A DNA stretch of 64,000 nt from an uncultured bacterium (lineage in GTDB: Bacteria > Krumholzibacteriota > Krumholzibacteriia > JACNKJ01), in contig CAVOFT010000001.1 in NCBI GenBank assembly GCA_963695095.1, forward strand, positions 1,696,001 to 1,760,000, written 5' to 3'. This document shows, piece by piece, positions 50,188 to 59,849 of this stretch (position 1 is the first letter of the stretch; each line of letters starts with the position of its first letter). The notes under the pieces are model-generated. The model saw nothing but the letters and a program-made list of their open reading frames with translations, searched no databases and was not told the DNA's origin. Position numbers and translations under genes: made by a program.

Positions 50188-50759
50188 CCGCTCGCCGGCA
50201 AGTCCTCCGGTCGGTTCCAGTTCCGCAGGGCAGCGGCGGGCAGGTCGATCGCCTGGTGCGGTAGATCGCCGATGAGCGCATGCAGGGCGAGGCGTCCGGC
50301 CGCGAGGGCGGCCTCGGCGGCATCCAGGCAGGCCGGATCCCAGATGGAGGGCAGGGGACAGAGCCGCCCCGCCTCGCTCGCCACCGTGAGTGGCGCCTTG
50401 CCCGCGCCGTGCGCAGCGATCAGCGTGCCGAGCGCGGCCGCATCCAAGTAGGGCAGGTCCGCGGGCAGCAGCAACAGTGCGGCGCCGCCGGCTGCGCGCA
50501 GGCCGGCGACGAGTGCGCCTAGCGGGCCCGTGCCGGGGGTCGCATCGGCCAGCTCCTGCACGCCGAACTCGGGGTAGCGACGGCCGTCGCCGCTGAGGAG
50601 GACCGCCCGCGAGGCCGCACCGGCCGCGAGCGCGATCGCGTACTCGAGGAGGCTGCCGCCAGCCGGGTGGGGGAGCAATGCCTTGTCGCGGCCCATGCGG
50701 CGACTCGCGCCGCCGCAGAGGAGGCCGGCCAGCAGCTCGCGGGGGTGGAAAGCGTCCAT
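50184..50759 (-). CDS. mobA: Molybdenum cofactor guanylyltransferase
   Basis: LLCGG.SRRMG.DKA, GPLG, ADLP, NWNRPED. Confidence 0.88.
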   Translation of the reverse strand: MDAFHPRELLAGLLCGGASRRMGRDKALLPHPAGGSLLEYAIALAAGAASRAVLLSGDGRRYPEFGVQELADATPGTGPLGALVAGLRAAGGAALLLLPADLPYLDAAALGTLIAAHGAGKAPLTVASEAGRLCPLPSIWDPACLDAAEAALAAGRLALHALIGDLPHQAIDLPAAALRNWNRPEDLPASG

Positions 50760-50801
50760 GCCCTCAGGCTAACGGGCGCGCGGACCGGCGGCAAGCGCGT
50801 G

Positions 50802-51995
50802 CTAGCAGCCGCCGCCGGGCTGCTTCTTCTTCGCGCCGCCCCCGGGGGCGGGCGCGGGCGGCGGCGCCGCCACGGGCGGAGCTGCCGCCTCGGCGCCGCT
50901 GAAGTAGGCGGCGAGCTGCCGCTGCCGCTCGGCCTCGGGGCCGAGGGCCGCCTCAGGGGGCGTGAGCACCTCGGCCTGCCAGGCGGCGGCGCCACCGCGC
51001 AGGCTGCGGTAGCGGAGCGTGCTGGGCCAGGTGGCGGGTAGCGGCGGCGCCTCGCCGGCAGCGGTGATGAGCAGCACCGTGCTGCCCGGCGCCGCGCTCG
51101 CAAGGGCAGCCGGCGGCTCGGCGTCGGCGAGCTGCACGGGCTGGGCGCCCGGAATGGCCGCCGCCTCGCGCGCGGATTCCTCCCTCAGATCGAGCAGGGT
51201 GAGCGGCGCCGCAGTCGAGCCCGCCACGAGGGTTTCGGCCAGCTCGGCGGGCGCCATGGGCTCGGCCAGCTGGGGCGGACTGGGCGGCGTCGCCACCGGC
51301 GCCGGCGCGAAGCCGGCGGCCAGGGCGACGAGGGCCAGCGATCCCATCAGCAGTAGCTTCACGCGGCGGCCGCCGGTGGGCGTGAGCGCTACGGGCGCGA
51401 AGCGCGGCGCCAGCTTGCGCTCCAGGGATTCGGCGCCGACGAAGGCCGCCGTCGCCACGGCCACGATGACGAGCGCGAGCCAGGGCGCCGGCATGCCGAG
51501 CAGGGCCGGCAGCAGCGAGCGGCCCTGGAAGCCGGCCGCGTAGAGCGCGCGCAGGGGCGCGAGCCACTCCATGCCGAAGGCGAACAGCAGCGTGCCGGCG
51601 AAGACGCCGGCCACGGCGGCGAGGCCGTCCAGGCGACCCGAGGCGAGGGAGACCACCGCCGTTCCCGGACAGAGGCCGCTCACGGCGAAGCCGATGCCCA
51701 CGAGGAAGCCGCCGATGAGCTGGCCCCAGAGGAAGGTCGGGTTGATGTAGAGCAGCTCGAGGTTCACGAGGCCGAAGGCGGCGGCCGCATAGAGGCCGAC
51801 CATGGCCACGAGCACGGCCGTGAACATCACCTTGAAGACGGTCATGTCGTAGCCGTAGAACTGCGCGGCCAGCTTGCGCGCGTTGCCGAAGCCGGCCCGC
51901 TCCAGCGCGAGGCCGAAGCCGAAGCCGAGCAGCAGGGCCGTCAGCAGGCCCACTTCCTCGCCGTAGAAGCCCTGGGCACCGAGGGGGAAGATCAT
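50802..51995 (-). CDS. YeeE/YedE sulfur transporter half fused to a rhodanese-like domain and a Pro/Ala tail ending GGGC
   Basis: GFGFG..LERAGF, VFKVMFTA, GLCPGT; LLDLR...IPGA...LRGG..AW. Confidence 0.82.
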   Translation of the reverse strand: MIFPLGAQGFYGEEVGLLTALLLGFGFGLALERAGFGNARKLAAQFYGYDMTVFKVMFTAVLVAMVGLYAAAAFGLVNLELLYINPTFLWGQLIGGFLVGIGFAVSGLCPGTAVVSLASGRLDGLAAVAGVFAGTLLFAFGMEWLAPLRALYAAGFQGRSLLPALLGMPAPWLALVIVAVATAAFVGAESLERKLAPRFAPVALTPTGGRRVKLLLMGSLALVALAAGFAPAPVATPPSPPQLAEPMAPAELAETLVAGSTAAPLTLLDLREESAREAAAIPGAQPVQLADAEPPAALASAAPGSTVLLITAAGEAPPLPATWPSTLRYRSLRGGAAAWQAEVLTPPEAALGPEAERQRQLAAYFSGAEAAAPPVAAPPPAPAPGGGAKKKQPGGGC

Positions 51996-52504
51996 AGCCA
52001 CTGCCTCCTCACGAAGAAGGCCGTCGCGTAGGCGCCGGCGAAGAAGAGCATCATGAAGACCCAGCTGCCGGCGGCCAGCGCCGCGCCGCCCGAGAGCGCC
52101 TGGCCGGAGGTGCAGCCCCTCGCCAGGCCCGCGCCCACGCCCATGACGATGCCGCCGGCGAAGGCCAGCCACAGCCGCGTCTGGACGCTCACGCGCGGTC
52201 CGCGCTCGACGGCGCCCTTGAGGCGCCCCGCGCTCAAGGCGCCGATGAAGCCGCCGAGCAGGACGCCGACCACCTCGACGACCAGCCAGTTGCGCAGGGG
52301 ATTGGCCCCATCGGCGACATAGCCGCCCAGGGCGGGGTTGGCCGCGGTCCAGGCGGGCGCGGCCTCGTGGGCGGCCAGGGCGATCACGCGCTTGGGCAGG
52401 GCGCTGGCGCCCAGCCCCTGTCCCGCGACGAGGAAGGTGGCGAGCAGGGTCAGTCCCAGCAGCAGGCCGGCCAGGTAGGGGTTCCAGTAGTTCTTCGCGT
52501 GCAT
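51992..52504 (-). CDS. YeeE/YedE sulfur transporter half
   Basis: YWNPYLAG, GLGAS, GVLLGGF, ARGCTSGQALSG. Confidence 0.88.
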   Translation of the reverse strand: MHAKNYWNPYLAGLLLGLTLLATFLVAGQGLGASALPKRVIALAAHEAAPAWTAANPALGGYVADGANPLRNWLVVEVVGVLLGGFIGALSAGRLKGAVERGPRVSVQTRLWLAFAGGIVMGVGAGLARGCTSGQALSGGAALAAGSWVFMMLFFAGAYATAFFVRRQWL

Positions 52505-52514
52505 GGGCTACTCC

Positions 52515-53465
52515 TTACTTGCTCGACAGCGGGCCCACCCAGCCCGCCGCCTGGCCGGCGAAGACGAGGATCCAGCGCAGGGCGAAACCGCCGGCGAGGA
52601 CGAACAGGGCCGTGGCCCGCCCCGGCGTCGCACGCCGCTTGTACTCGATGGCCTCGCCGATGAAGGGGACGACGAGCCCGAGGGCGACGACGAGGGTCCA
52701 GAAGGCCGCCGTGTAGGGGCCGCCGAAGAAGAGCCGCGCCGCCGATTGCGCCGCCAGCCCGCCCACGGCCAGGCCGAGGAGCCAGAGCGCGAGGATGCCC
52801 AGCTCGGCGCCGATGACGGCCATGTCGACGGCGCTGGCCAGGCGCCGCTCCTCGTCGCGCAGGCCGAAGAGCAGGATGAAGGCGGCGCCGCTGGAGAGCC
52901 CCGAGGCGAGGAAGAGCGGGCCCAGCAGCGGCGAGTTCCACAGCGGCCGCGCGGCGAAGGCGCCCAGCAGGATACCCGTGTAGACGGCGAGCAGGATCCC
53001 CAGGTTCATCGTCGCGAAGGCGAGGCCGCGCGCGTGGCCGGCGGCCCAGCGCGCCAGCGGCGCCAGGCGCGGCCAGCGAGCGAGGGCGCGGCGGCGCCAG
53101 GCGGCCGGGCTCTCGTTCCAGGCGAAGGCCAGCGACACCGGGTAGACGGCGATGAGGATCCAGGCGCCCCAGGACATCGGCGTCTCCGGCCGCAGGATGA
53201 AGTAGAAGCGGAAGGCGTTGAAGCGGTTGGCCAGGTCCAGCCACAGGAAGAGCATGCCGAGCGAAAGCAGGAGGGGCGCCAGCCAGGGCAGGCGCTCGAG
53301 GCTGGCCGATCGCTCGCGGGCCGGCTTCCAGAGCCGATAGGCGCCGAGCAGGACCATCAGGCCGGCCACCAGGCCGCCGAGGAACAGGTAGACCGCCACC
53401 TCGCCATGCCAGACCTGCAGGTCCGGGTCGATGAGCGGGTTGTGGCGCGTCGTCGTCATCTCCAT
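52515..53465 (-). CDS. NrfD/PsrC membrane anchor (quinol-interacting subunit)
   Basis: W...VAVYLFLGG, DL, PMSWGAWIL, YTG.LL, RPLWNS, ALRW. Confidence 0.9.
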   Translation of the reverse strand: MEMTTTRHNPLIDPDLQVWHGEVAVYLFLGGLVAGLMVLLGAYRLWKPARERSASLERLPWLAPLLLSLGMLFLWLDLANRFNAFRFYFILRPETPMSWGAWILIAVYPVSLAFAWNESPAAWRRRALARWPRLAPLARWAAGHARGLAFATMNLGILLAVYTGILLGAFAARPLWNSPLLGPLFLASGLSSGAAFILLFGLRDEERRLASAVDMAVIGAELGILALWLLGLAVGGLAAQSAARLFFGGPYTAAFWTLVVALGLVVPFIGEAIEYKRRATPGRATALFVLAGGFALRWILVFAGQAAGWVGPLSSK

Positions 53466-53473
53466 CGCGGGCC

Positions 53474-54022
53474 TCACTTGAGGTAGTAGTGCTGCGGCTC
53501 GGTGCCGGCGTCCGGCAGCAGCACGGTCCAGGCGCGGCGGGCCAGGGCCCGGCTGATCTCGCTGTCCGGGTCATTCAGGTCGCCGAAGAGGATGCTCGTC
53601 GTCGGGCAGATCTCCTGGCAGCTCGTGGTGGTCCGGCCGCTCTCGATCCGGTGCAGGCAGAAGGTGCACTTGTCGACGGTGTGCGTGCGGGGATCCACGA
53701 AGCGGGCGCCGTAGGGACAGGCCGTGATGCAGGCCTTGCAGCCCGAGCACTTGGCGTCGTTGATCTGCACCGTGCCGCCGGGCCCGTAGTGCGAGCTGCC
53801 CGTGGGGCAGGCGCGCACGCAGGGGGCGTCGGCGCAGTGGTTGCACCGCTCCGACCTGAGCAGGGTGGCGAGGGCAGGATACACGCCGCTCGTCTCGGTG
53901 ACGATCCAGTCGCGCGTGTGGCCGGCGGCCACGCCGTTCTCCTCCTTGCAGCCGATGACGCAGGCCGCGCAGCCCACGCAGGTGAGCGTGTCCACGGCCA
54001 TGCCGTAGCGGGGACCCTTCAT
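53474..54022 (-). CDS. 4x[4Fe-4S] electron-transfer subunit PsrB/NrfC-like
   Basis: CVGCAAC..GCK.EN, CNHC..APC..ACP, CSGCKAC..ACPY, KCTFC..R, CQEICP. Confidence 0.93.
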   Translation of the reverse strand: MKGPRYGMAVDTLTCVGCAACVIGCKEENGVAAGHTRDWIVTETSGVYPALATLLRSERCNHCADAPCVRACPTGSSHYGPGGTVQINDAKCSGCKACITACPYGARFVDPRTHTVDKCTFCLHRIESGRTTTSCQEICPTTSILFGDLNDPDSEISRALARRAWTVLLPDAGTEPQHYYLK

Positions 54023-56301
54023 GCCGGCACCTCCTGATCCGCGCGCCGGGCGGCGGTCGCGGCGTGCTCGTCGCCGCCGGCCGCGCCGCTCTCGTCCCGC
54101 ACGAAGGTGACGAAGTTCACGTTCATGCCGGTGCCGCCCATGATGGGGTCGACCGCGACGCGCGTGCAGAGCTCGGCGCTGTCGATGCCGCGCCCGTAGG
54201 CGAAGCTCAGCTCCTTGGCCTGGCGGCCGTAGCCGTGGACGAGGTAGACCGCGTCGGCGCGAATGCGCTCGGTCACCCGCACGGGCGCGCTGAAGGCCGA
54301 GAGCACGCCGTCCTGGTTCTGCAGGCGCACGCGGTCGCCCATGGCCAGGCCCCAGTGGGCGGCGACGCGCGTGTTCACCCACACCTCGTTCTCGGCGAAG
54401 ACCTCCGACAGCAGGCGGTTGTTCGTGGTGCGCCCGAAGCTGTGCACGGGCGCGCGCCCGAAGAGCAGGCGGTAGTAGCCGGCGGGCGGCTCGGCGGGCG
54501 GCGTGTACACGGGCAGCGGGTCGAAGCCGGCGGCGGCCAGGGCCGTCGAGTAGAGCTCGATCTTGCCCGTCTCGGTGGGGAAGCTGGGCAGGGCGCCTTC
54601 TTCGTAGCTGAGGGGCTGCGCGGGCATGGTGATCACGCCGTCGCGCTGCAGGGCGTCGCAGTCCAGGCCGGCGGCGTGCAAGCGTGCCTGCGCGTACTCC
54701 ATGCTGTCGATCCAGGGGAAGAAATCCGCCAGGCCGAGTCGCGTCGCCAGCTCCTTGGCGATCCACCAGCCCGGCTTGCTGTCGTACATGGGCGGCACCA
54801 CTTCCTGGCGCACGGCGATGTAGGGCTCGCGATAGGGCGGGTTGTGCAGCTCGTCGCAGCGCTCGAGGTAGGTGGCCTCGGGCAGCACCACGTCGGCCAG
54901 TCCGCAGATCTCGGCGGGCAGCACGTCCACGGCGACGAGGAAGTCCAGCTTCTGGATCGCCTCGCGGGTGCGCTGGGGATCGGGCAGGGTGGTGGGCAGA
55001 TTGGAGCCGTAGACCATCCAGGCCTTGAGGTCGTAGGCCGCCAGGCCGGGAATCGTCGCGTCGCAGAGGCCCTGGGCGAGCACCTCGTCGGCAAGCGGGA
55101 TAGTCGCTGGCCAGGGGCTGATCGGCGGCGCCGCGCTCGGGCGGCCGATAGCCGGGATAGGCGTAGGCGGGCAGCTCGATCTGCGCGGGGACGATGTAGC
55201 CGCCGCGCCGGCCCCAGGCGCCCAGCAGCGCGTTCAGGATGGCGATCGCCCGACTGCGCTGCGTGTCGTCGCCGTACCAGGTGACATGGCGACCCGGATG
55301 GATGAGGGTCGCCGGCCGCGCGCCGGCGATGAGGCGGGCGGTCTCGCGGATCAGGCCCGGCTCGATGCCCGTGCGCGGGTAGGCCCACTCCGGGCTGAAG
55401 GGCGCCACGTGCGCCTCGAGCTGCTCGAAACCGTAGGCGTAGCGCTCGATGTAGTCCCGGTCGTAGAGCCCTTCCTTGATGATCACGTGCATCCAGGCGA
55501 GCAGGAGCGCGAGGTCCGTGCCCGGCTTGATGGGCAGCCAGTAGCGCGCCTTCGCGGCCGCGGTCGAGAAGCGCGGATCGACGACGATGAGATCCGCCCC
55601 GCCGCGCAGGAAGTCGGCGAAGTCCTGCACCTGGGTGTTGTGCATGTTCTCGCCCAGGTGCGAGCCGATGAGCATGAGGCAGCGAGCGTCGGCGATGTCC
55701 GTGCGCTCGGGCGATCTCGACGCCCTCGCCGAAGGTGAGGCTGAAGCCCACGTCGCGCGGCCCGCGGCACTGGGCGTAGGAGGGCGCGGCGATGTTGGGG
55801 GAGCCGTAGGCCTTGAACAGGTGCTTCATCCAGTTGCCGCCGTAGCCGTGATAGAAGAGGGCGAGCGCGCTGGCGCCGTGCTCCTGCTTGATGCGGCCGA
55901 AGTGCTCGGCCACGTCGTCCAGGGCGTCCGTCCCAGCTGACGGGCGCGAAGCGCTGCTCGCCGTTCTTGCGGAGGCGCACGAGGGGCTGCTTGAGGCGGT
56001 CCGGGTCGTAGAGCAGACCCGTGCCGCCGGCGCCCCGCGGGCAGAGCCGGCCGCGGGAGAGCGGGTGCTTCGGGTTGCCCTTGATCTTGGTGACCCGCCC
56101 GTCCTTGACGTGGGCGAGGATGCCGCACTTCCAGAAGCACAGCTCGCAGAAGCTGGCGACGACGCGGTCGCCATCGGTGCCGGGGTCGCCGACGGGATTG
56201 GCGTAGGCACCGTACCAGTCGCTGGTCAGGCCGCCCAGCAGCGCCGCGCCGCCGACACCGGCCCCGCCGATCCTGAGAAAATCGCGCCGATTCATGCTCA
56301 T
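54019..56301 (-). CDS. Tat-exported molybdopterin oxidoreductase, polysulfide/thiosulfate reductase A-like; frameshifts near 55930, 55715 and 55095
   Basis: NRRDFL twin-Arg signal; CELCFWKC and LCPRG FS0 motif; YAQC putative Mo ligand; GENMHN; PEATYLER; three frame switches restore one continuous protein. Confidence 0.88.
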
Positions 56302-56639
56302 GCCTGGTCCTCCTGGGGCCTGGCCTCGGCGCTGTCGCTATGCAACCAGTCGCAGACGGTGGTCACGAGGGTGCCGATCACGCTGCCGCTCGCAGAGAGC
56401 GCCACCTCGCCCGAGGGGCCGCGCCGCGTGCCGGCCACCAGATCCAGCTCGCGCAGGGGCAGGATCAGCCGGGCCACGCTGGACTGCGGCCGCCCGGTGG
56501 CGGCGATCAGTTCCTTCTGGCTGGCGGGTCCCTCGGCCAGGCGGCAGGCGATCTCGAGCCGACCCGGGTGGGCGAGGGCCTTGAAGACCTGGGCGGCGCG
56601 GGCGATGTCCTCGGGCGTCCGCTTCAGCTTCGGGTCCAT
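56298..56639 (-). CDS. ArsR/SmtB family transcriptional regulator
   Basis: FKALAHPGRLEI, winged-HTH spacing, 113 aa; first gene of the operon. Confidence 0.88.
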   Translation of the reverse strand: MDPKLKRTPEDIARAAQVFKALAHPGRLEIACRLAEGPASQKELIAATGRPQSSVARLILPLRELDLVAGTRRGPSGEVALSASGSVIGTLVTTVCDWLHSDSAEARPQEDQA

Positions 56640-56676
56640 GGAATCGCCTCCCTAGAACAGTGGTAAACAAACCCAG

Positions 56677-56719
56677 ATATCCGCATATCCGAAAATACGA
56701 GTTCCCCGGCACCTGTCAA
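56677..56719 (-). promoter_or_regulatory. Promoter and candidate ArsR operator of the psr operon
   Basis: Minus strand TTGACA (56719-56714), 16 bp spacer, TATTTT (56697-56692); overlapping imperfect palindrome ATATCCGCATATCCGAAAAT (56677-56696). Confidence 0.6.
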
Positions 56720-56852
56720 GCCCACCCAGGGCGCGGGGCGGCAAGGCCAGGGCTGACGCCGCAGACTGCACGGCCCCGCAAACCCGGCAACTAGTGCTTG
56801 ATTGCAAGCGATTTTGGTGCAAAGCTTTGCGGCGCTCGATGGCGACTGGTCC

Positions 56853-56868
56853 TGGCGTCAGCTTTGCT
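56853..56868 (+). promoter_or_regulatory. Candidate sigma54 (-24/-12) promoter
   Basis: TGGCGT-CAGCT-TTGCT gives GG-N10-GC; IHF-like site at 56791-56803. Confidence 0.5.
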
Positions 56869-56907
56869 TGACCTTGGTCTGGCGGCCGCCTTCCCTGGAG
56901 GATACGC

Positions 56908-57954
56908 TTGCTGCTTCGCCTGCCCTCGCTGGGAGTCCTCTTCCTGTTCGTGGTCACCTTGGCCTCGGGGGCGGCCTGCGGGCCGACGGATGGCGAGGCT
57001 CCGAGCGACCCCGCGGACCCCGAGATTCCGCCCGAGCCCGCCTACGCCACGCACGTGCTAGCCTACGGCAGCGCCCTGGCGAGGCTGGATCAGGGGCAGC
57101 TCGCGCCTTTCGACCACATCATCCTGGAGGCCCAGGCCCTGGCGGAGCTGGAGCCGCGTTACCACGCGCGAGCCCTGCTCTACTTCAATCCGTGGGGGAA
57201 GAGCAGCTACAGCGACAGCCTGCGCAGCTGGCCCGAGTGGCAGCCCGCGCCGCGCGAACTCGGCCAGCCGGACATCCTGCTCAACGGGAGCGTCTACTGC
57301 TACCGGTTCGACGACGCCCACGTCGCCGCCTTCCTCGGCTGGATCGAGAGCTATCTCGCCGCGCGCGGGGGCGAGGTGGCGGGCGTCTTCCTCGATGACT
57401 TCGGCTTCGAGCGCCAGTGGTGGACGGGCGCGGCCGCCGACAAGGACTCGGTCTGGGGGCCCTACGACGGCCGTCCCGGCTGGCGCGAGGCGCCCTACGA
57501 CTGGAACCGCCAGCGCATCGCCGCCCTCGAGGCCGGGGCGCTCGCGCTCGTGCTCGAGCACTGCGGCCCCGAGGGTCTGCTCGTGGTCAACGGCGTCGCG
57601 CGCACGCTGCCGGGCGTGCGCCGCTTCGCCGAAGACGTCGGCGCGCCCAATTCCGAGGAATGGGAGCGGCTCGAGACGCCTGGCGTCGATCCCCTGCGCT
57701 ATGTCGAGGCGGGCGACTTCCTGCAGGTCAACGGCATCGGGGCCAGCGGCCTCTGGGGCGACTGGGCGAGCACGCCGGCAGGAGCGGGCGAGGCCAATCT
57801 CGCCCGGGCCTGCGCCCTGGCCCAGCGGCGGGATGCCAGCGTGGGCCTGGCCTACGGCGAGACGCCGGCAGGCGGCGGCAGCCTCTACTCGCTCTTCCTG
57901 CGCCCGGATGCGGAGGGCCAGACCTGGCCGCGCTACTTCGGCGATTCGCCCTGA
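56908..57954 (+). CDS. Lipoprotein, possible TIM-barrel glycoside-hydrolase-like fold
   Basis: GAAC lipobox; FDHIIL, LLYFN, GVFLDD, LVVNG; TTG start after GGAGG. Confidence 0.55.
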   Translation: MLLRLPSLGVLFLFVVTLASGAACGPTDGEAPSDPADPEIPPEPAYATHVLAYGSALARLDQGQLAPFDHIILEAQALAELEPRYHARALLYFNPWGKSSYSDSLRSWPEWQPAPRELGQPDILLNGSVYCYRFDDAHVAAFLGWIESYLAARGGEVAGVFLDDFGFERQWWTGAAADKDSVWGPYDGRPGWREAPYDWNRQRIAALEAGALALVLEHCGPEGLLVVNGVARTLPGVRRFAEDVGAPNSEEWERLETPGVDPLRYVEAGDFLQVNGIGASGLWGDWASTPAGAGEANLARACALAQRRDASVGLAYGETPAGGGSLYSLFLRPDAEGQTWPRYFGDSP

Positions 57955-58541
57955 GCGGCCGGCCCGCCGGCGCGGCGATCGGGCAGGTAGCAGTCGCCGA
58001 GCTCGGGCGCGCCGCCGGGCAGGAGGCCGTGCCGCGCGCAGTGCTGATAGAGCAGGGCGGCGGCGCTCGAGGCCACATTGAGGCTGTTCTTGAGGCCGAG
58101 CATGGGCAGGTGCAGCACGGCGTCGGCCTGGCGCAGCAGCTCGCGATCCACCCCCAGCACCTCGTGGCCGAAGACGAAGCAGCAGCGCAGGGGCCCGTCC
58201 CAGTCCACGATGGACCGGCTCTGCGGCGTGCGCTCCACGGCGACGAGTGCGAAACCGTCCTCGCGCGCGCGACCGACGGCGTCGAAGACGCGCAGATCGT
58301 GGCTCCAGGGCACGCAGGCCGTGCTGCCGAGAGCGGTCTTCTCGAGCTTGCCGTTGGGCGGGAAGGCGCTGATCCCGACCAGATAGAGCTGCGCCAGGCG
58401 CAGGGCATCCGCCGTGCGGAAGATGTCGCCCACGTTGTAGGCGCTGCGGATGTTGTCGAGCAGCAGGGCCACGGGCGTGCGGGTGCCGCCCGGGTCGGCG
58501 GGGCGGTCCTTCCACATCGCGTGCAGGGGATCCAGGTTCAC
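57933..58541 (-). CDS. TrmH/SpoU family RNA methyltransferase
   Basis: LDNIRSAYNVG.IFRT, KTALG, VFGHEV.G, PMLG.K.SLNV. Confidence 0.92.
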   Translation of the reverse strand: MNLDPLHAMWKDRPADPGGTRTPVALLLDNIRSAYNVGDIFRTADALRLAQLYLVGISAFPPNGKLEKTALGSTACVPWSHDLRVFDAVGRAREDGFALVAVERTPQSRSIVDWDGPLRCCFVFGHEVLGVDRELLRQADAVLHLPMLGLKNSLNVASSAAALLYQHCARHGLLPGGAPELGDCYLPDRRAGGPAAQGESPK

Positions 58542-58699
58542 CCTCTCTCCTCGGCCCGGGGACGGCTCCCACTCTAGCGGCTGCCGCGCGCGGGCGCAAT
58601 CGGCGCGGCGGCGCCGCGGCTCGGCGCTTGCCGCGCCTGGGCTCGCCTGCTACACCTTCCGCGCTCGCGCCCGGCTCGGGCGCGCGAGGGAGGTTCCCC

Positions 58700-59800
58700 G
58701 TGTTCCCCGACCGATTCGCAGCACCGGCCGTCGCCGGGGCCCTCCTGGCCGGGCTCCTGCTGGCGGGCCTGCCGCGCGCGGGGGCTGCGGGCGAGTCGCC
58801 CTACTACTTCTACCACGGCCGCAGCTACGGGAGCGAGGCCATGGTCCAGCCCCTGCGCATGATCGTCAACAGCGGCTACGGCATCATGCAGCTGGACAAT
58901 CGCAGCCACGCCATCTGGGAAGTGGACTACGCGCGGGGCTGGCGCACCCTGAGCCGCAACCTCGGGCACCCCGTCACGGCCATCGAGCAGGAGGGCTGGG
59001 GCGATTTCCTGCTCAAGGAAGTGGTGCCCTTCAGCACGAACACCGCCGAAGCGCGCTACTGGCCGAACTATACCCAGCACCTGATCGGCGGCGGCATGAG
59101 CTACCGCCTGCTCCACGAGTGGTTCCGCTGGCATGCCTACCCGCGGCCCCGCCTGTGGGCGATCGGCTCGATCACCGCCTATCACGTGCTGAACGAGGTG
59201 GTGGAGCTGGACGCCTACGACGGCTACACGACGGACCCCATCGCCGACCTCTACCTCTTCGATCCGCTCAGCTGTCTGCTCTTCAGCTCCGACCGCGTGG
59301 CCAGCTTCTTCGCCGAGACCTTGCAGATGCAGGACTGGTCCTTCCAGCCCGCCTATGTCCCGCGCGACGCGACGCTGCACAACAACGGGCAGAACTTCGC
59401 CTTCAAGTACGCGCTGCCCTGGAGCGAGCGCTGGAGCCTGTTCTACCACTTCGGCACCCACGGCGAGTTCGGGCTGTCGCGGCGCAGCGCCAGCGGGCTG
59501 GCCTGGTCGGCCGGGGCCGGGCTGAAGGCCAAGGACCTGCTCGATCTGGAGGCCGGCACGCGCGCCGTCGATCTGGCCCTGGTCGGCGGCCTCTGGGTGG
59601 ATCGAGAAGGCTCCCTCCTCGCTTCGCTGATCGCCGCCGCCACCAAGGAGTACCGGCTACGCCTGAACGTCTACCCGGGCGTCTTCAAGGTGGGCTGCGT
59701 TTCGCCGAGCTTTTTTCTGGTGATGGACCAGGAAGAGCGTATCCTCGTCGGCATGGGCCTCGCCCGCCTGCCGGTGGGGGTGGGCCTGCCCCTCTACTAG
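58700..59800 (+). CDS. Hypothetical exported/outer-membrane protein
   Basis: Signal peptide; aromatic-rich N-terminal half (PNY..H..GGG); C-terminal amphipathic strands. Confidence 0.6.
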   Translation: MFPDRFAAPAVAGALLAGLLLAGLPRAGAAGESPYYFYHGRSYGSEAMVQPLRMIVNSGYGIMQLDNRSHAIWEVDYARGWRTLSRNLGHPVTAIEQEGWGDFLLKEVVPFSTNTAEARYWPNYTQHLIGGGMSYRLLHEWFRWHAYPRPRLWAIGSITAYHVLNEVVELDAYDGYTTDPIADLYLFDPLSCLLFSSDRVASFFAETLQMQDWSFQPAYVPRDATLHNNGQNFAFKYALPWSERWSLFYHFGTHGEFGLSRRSASGLAWSAGAGLKAKDLLDLEAGTRAVDLALVGGLWVDREGSLLASLIAAATKEYRLRLNVYPGVFKVGCVSPSFFLVMDQEERILVGMGLARLPVGVGLPLY

Positions 59801-59849
59801 CGTCCCCGGCCCGCGCGAAGCGCGCCGGACGCTCTCCCCGAGGACGCGG

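Noticed and set aside
41613..56301. Interpretation of this region as a decaying pseudogene island
   Set aside because: Only small indels, some compensating; motifs intact; the same error type occurs in essential ffh, which favours sequencing error
56814..56830. TGGTGC...TTTGC as a second sigma54 site
   Set aside because: GG-N11-GC spacing is one base too long
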